From Pristiophorus japonicus (lineage: Eukaryota): 64,000 bases of DNA. Positions 61,301-64,000 of the stretch are shown one piece after another. Each line of letters opens with the position of its first letter. Position 1 is the stretch's first letter. The position numbers and the translations under genes are program-made. Below the pieces are notes generated by a model. It did not search any database. It was not told the DNA's origin and saw only the letters and a list, made by a program, of their open reading frames with translations. The stretch covers positions 148,304,001-148,368,000 of the forward strand of contig NC_091987.1 in NCBI RefSeq assembly GCF_044704955.1. The letters are read 5' to 3'.

Positions 61301-63490
61301 GATAGATTGGCGAATGATACTTAAGGGGTTGACTGTGGATGGGCAATGCAGACATTTAGAGACCGCATGGATGAACTACAACAATTGTACATTCCTGTCT
61401 GGCGTAAAAATAAAAAAGGGAAGGTGGCTCAACCATGGCTATCAAGGGAAATCAGGGATAGTATTAAAGTCAAGGAAGTGGCATACAAATTGGCCAGAAA
61501 TAGCAGCGAACCCAGGGACTGGGAGAAATTTAGAACTCAGCAGAGGAGGACAAAGGGTTTGATTAGGGCAGAGAAAATGGAGTACGAGAAGAAGCTTGCA
61601 GGGAACATTAAGACGGATTGCCAAAGTTTCTATAGATATGTAATGAGAAAAAGGTTAGTAAAGACAAACGTAGGTCCCCTGCAGTCAGAATTAGGGGAAG
61701 TCATAACGGGGAACAAAGAAATGGCAGACCAATTGAACAAGTACTTTGGTTCGGTATTCACTAAGGAGGACACAAACAACCTTCGGATAGAAAAGGGGTC
61801 AGAGGGTCTAGTAAGGAGGAGGAACTGAGGGAAATCCTAATTAGTCGGGAAATTGTGTTGGGGAAATTGATGGGATTGAAGGCCGATAAATCCACAGGGC
61901 CTGATGGACTGCATCTCAGAGTACTTAAGGAGGTGGCCTTGGAAATAGCGGATGCATTGACAGTCATTTTCCAACATTCCATTGACTCTGGATCAGTTCC
62001 TATGGAGTGGAGGGTAGCCAATGTAACCCCACTTTTTAAAAAAAGGAGGGAGAGAGAAAACAGGGAATTATAGACCGGTCAGCCTGACCTCAGTAGTGGG
62101 TAAAATGATGGAATCAATTATTAAGGATGTCATAGCAGCGCATTTGGAAAGAGGTGACATGATAAGTCCAAGTCAGCATGGATTTGTGAAAGGAAAATCA
62201 TGCTTGACAAATCTTCTGGAATTTTTTGAGGATGTTTCCAGTAGAGTGGACAAGGGAGAACCAGTTGATGTGGTATATTTGGACTTTCAGAAGGCTTTCG
62301 ACAAGGTCCCACACAAGAGAGTAATGTGCAAAGTTAAAGCACATGGGACTGGGGGTAGTGTGCTGACATGGATTGAGAACTGGTTGTCAGACAGGAAGCA
62401 AAGAGTAGGAGTAAATGGGTACTTTTCAGAATGGCAGGCAGTGACTAGTGGGGTACCGCAAGGTTCTGTGCTGGGGCCCCAGCTGTACATTAATGATTTA
62501 GACGAGGGGATTAAATGTAGTATCTCCAAATATGCGGATGAAGCTAAGTTGGGTGGCAGTGTGAGCTGCGAGTAGGATGCTATGAGGCTGCAGAGCGACT
62601 TGGATAGGTTAGGTGAGTGGGCAAATGCATGGCAGATGAAGTATAATGTGGATAAATGTGAGGTTATCCACTTTGGTGGTAAAAGCAGAGAGACAGACTA
62701 TTATCTGAATGGTGACAGATTAGGAAAAGGGGAGGTGCAACGAGACCTGGGTGTCATGGTACATCAGTCATTGAAGGTTGGCATGCAGGTACAGCAGGCG
62801 GTTAAGAAAGCAAATGGCATGTTGGCCTTCATAGTGAGGGGATTTGAGTGCAGGGGCAGGGAGGAGTTGCTACAGTTGTACAGGGCATTGGTGAGGCGAC
62901 ACCTGGAGTATTGTGTACAGTTTTGGTCTCCTAACTTGAGGAAGGACATTCTTGCTATTGAGGGAGTGCAGCGAAGGTTCACCAGAGTGATTCCCGGGAT
63001 GGCAGGGCTGACCTATCAAGAAAGACTGGATCAACTGGGCTTGTAGTCACTGGAGTTCAGAAGAATGAGAGGGGACCTTATAGAAAAGTTTAAAATTCTG
63101 ATGGGTTCAGACAGGTTAGATGCAGGAAGAATGTTCCCAATGTTGGGGAAGTCCAGAACCAGGGGTCACAGTCTGAGGATAAGGGGTAAGCCATTTAGGA
63201 CCGAGATGAGGAGAAACTTCATCACCCAGAGAGTGGTGAAACCTGTGGAATTCTCTACCACAGAAAGTTGTTGAGGCCAATTCACTAAATATATTCAAAA
63301 AGGAGTTAGATGAAGTCCTTACTACTAGGGGGATCAAGGGGTATGGTGAGAAAGCAGGAAGGGGGTACTGAAGTTGCATGTTCAGCCATGAACTCATTGA
63401 ATGGTGGTGCAGGCTAGAAGGGCCGAATGGCCTACTCCTGCACCTATTTTCTATGTTTCTATGTTTCTATGTCTCCTCCTCTCCCTCCAT
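58398..63490 (-). pseudogene. Harbinger Myb/SANT (trihelix) DNA-binding protein, 3 exons; exon 1 split by a CR1
   Basis: MEGEEE|TDDG..KRARRFLDE..WTEIAEVVS..QCRKRWNDL. Exon 2 is 59558-59401 (TGGG motif, CAG/GTGAGT boundaries). Exon 3 starts at 59113. Confidence 0.78.
60106..63470 (+). mobile_element. long CR1 (ORF1 esterase end + APE-RT ORF2 with frameshifts, tail); GTCTCC TSD
   Basis: DGLHL, LNARSIRNK, ITETWL, SDHN, QHGF, YADE, tail (TTTCTATG)3. TSD at 60100-60105 and 63471-63476. Confidence 0.95.
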
Positions 63491-64000
63491 TATAGGGCAC
63501 ATTCGGTCAAATAGGCAGCTGGTAACAGCTACCTTTTGTTTGCCTTCTTGCTGTGAAGCTCTAAAGTCTCCCTCCTTCCTCTCAAAGCAGCCACACCACA
63601 CTCAGCCACGCCTTCAGTCCCTCTGAGCTCCCTCTCTGAATCCTCTTCTACGCATATCATGGTGACCCTTGACCTCCAGAATCGTGGGAATTGAGCGTTG
63701 TCATGCCGTTGCTAAGGACGGCCACACTTTACGGCAGAAGGTCAAAAAAATTTAACGCTGCCGCCCATTTTATATCGCTTGCGGTAATGCGCATTTTCAA
63801 AAATCTAAACTAGGTGTTTTGAGATTGGACAAGAAGCCGGCGATCTGAAAACACTTTTTTAACACCCGCGCCGGAAATAATGCCCATTTTTGCTCAAAAG
63901 TGGAGGTTCTAGCCCTATGTCTTTTATCTTAGTCTAACTTAAAAAAATGTTTTAATGTTTCCTTTTAATATTTTAATATGGACTTTTTAAAATTCATCAT

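Larger units (their letters stand above)
56055..63915. mobile_element. PIF/Harbinger DNA transposon, internally deleted, carrying two nested CR1s
   Basis: 20-bp TIRs GGGCTAGAACC(G/T)CCACTTTT at 56055-56074 and 63896-63915. Contains a Myb/SANT gene remnant and a possible transposase C-terminus LLHEELISERFA* at 57884-57922. Confidence 0.85.

Overview
This is eukaryotic, repeat-saturated vertebrate DNA. It is probably a cartilaginous fish, inferred only from the CR1 (TTCTATGT)n/(TTCTTATG)n tails and the repeat landscape. I found no host gene. The centrepiece is a young, near-intact 11.7-kb endogenous retrovirus on the minus strand (7622-19312) with ~1.3-kb TGTA..TACA LTRs and a 4-bp CATG TSD, nested in the RNase H of a Mag-clade Gypsy element. 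It has several unusual features. (i) The gag ATG overlaps a tRNA-Arg(TCG) PBS. (ii) gag and pol are in frame and separated only by UGA-CUAG, a leaky readthrough context. (iii) Pol has a degenerate Gypsy-like RNase H followed by a second, catalytically complete one. (iv) The probably spliced env has an N-terminal Ig V-like domain fused to an F-protein-like class I fusogen, with no CKS17/CX6CC. These traits point to a lokiretrovirus-like lineage. The rest of the window holds a second truncated ERV of similar RT type, three Mag-type Gypsy copies, solo LTRs, many CR1 LINE fragments, two PIF/Harbinger-type elements, a 40-50 bp minisatellite, a ~19-kb 47-bp satellite with higher-order duplications, and long CT-rich tracts.
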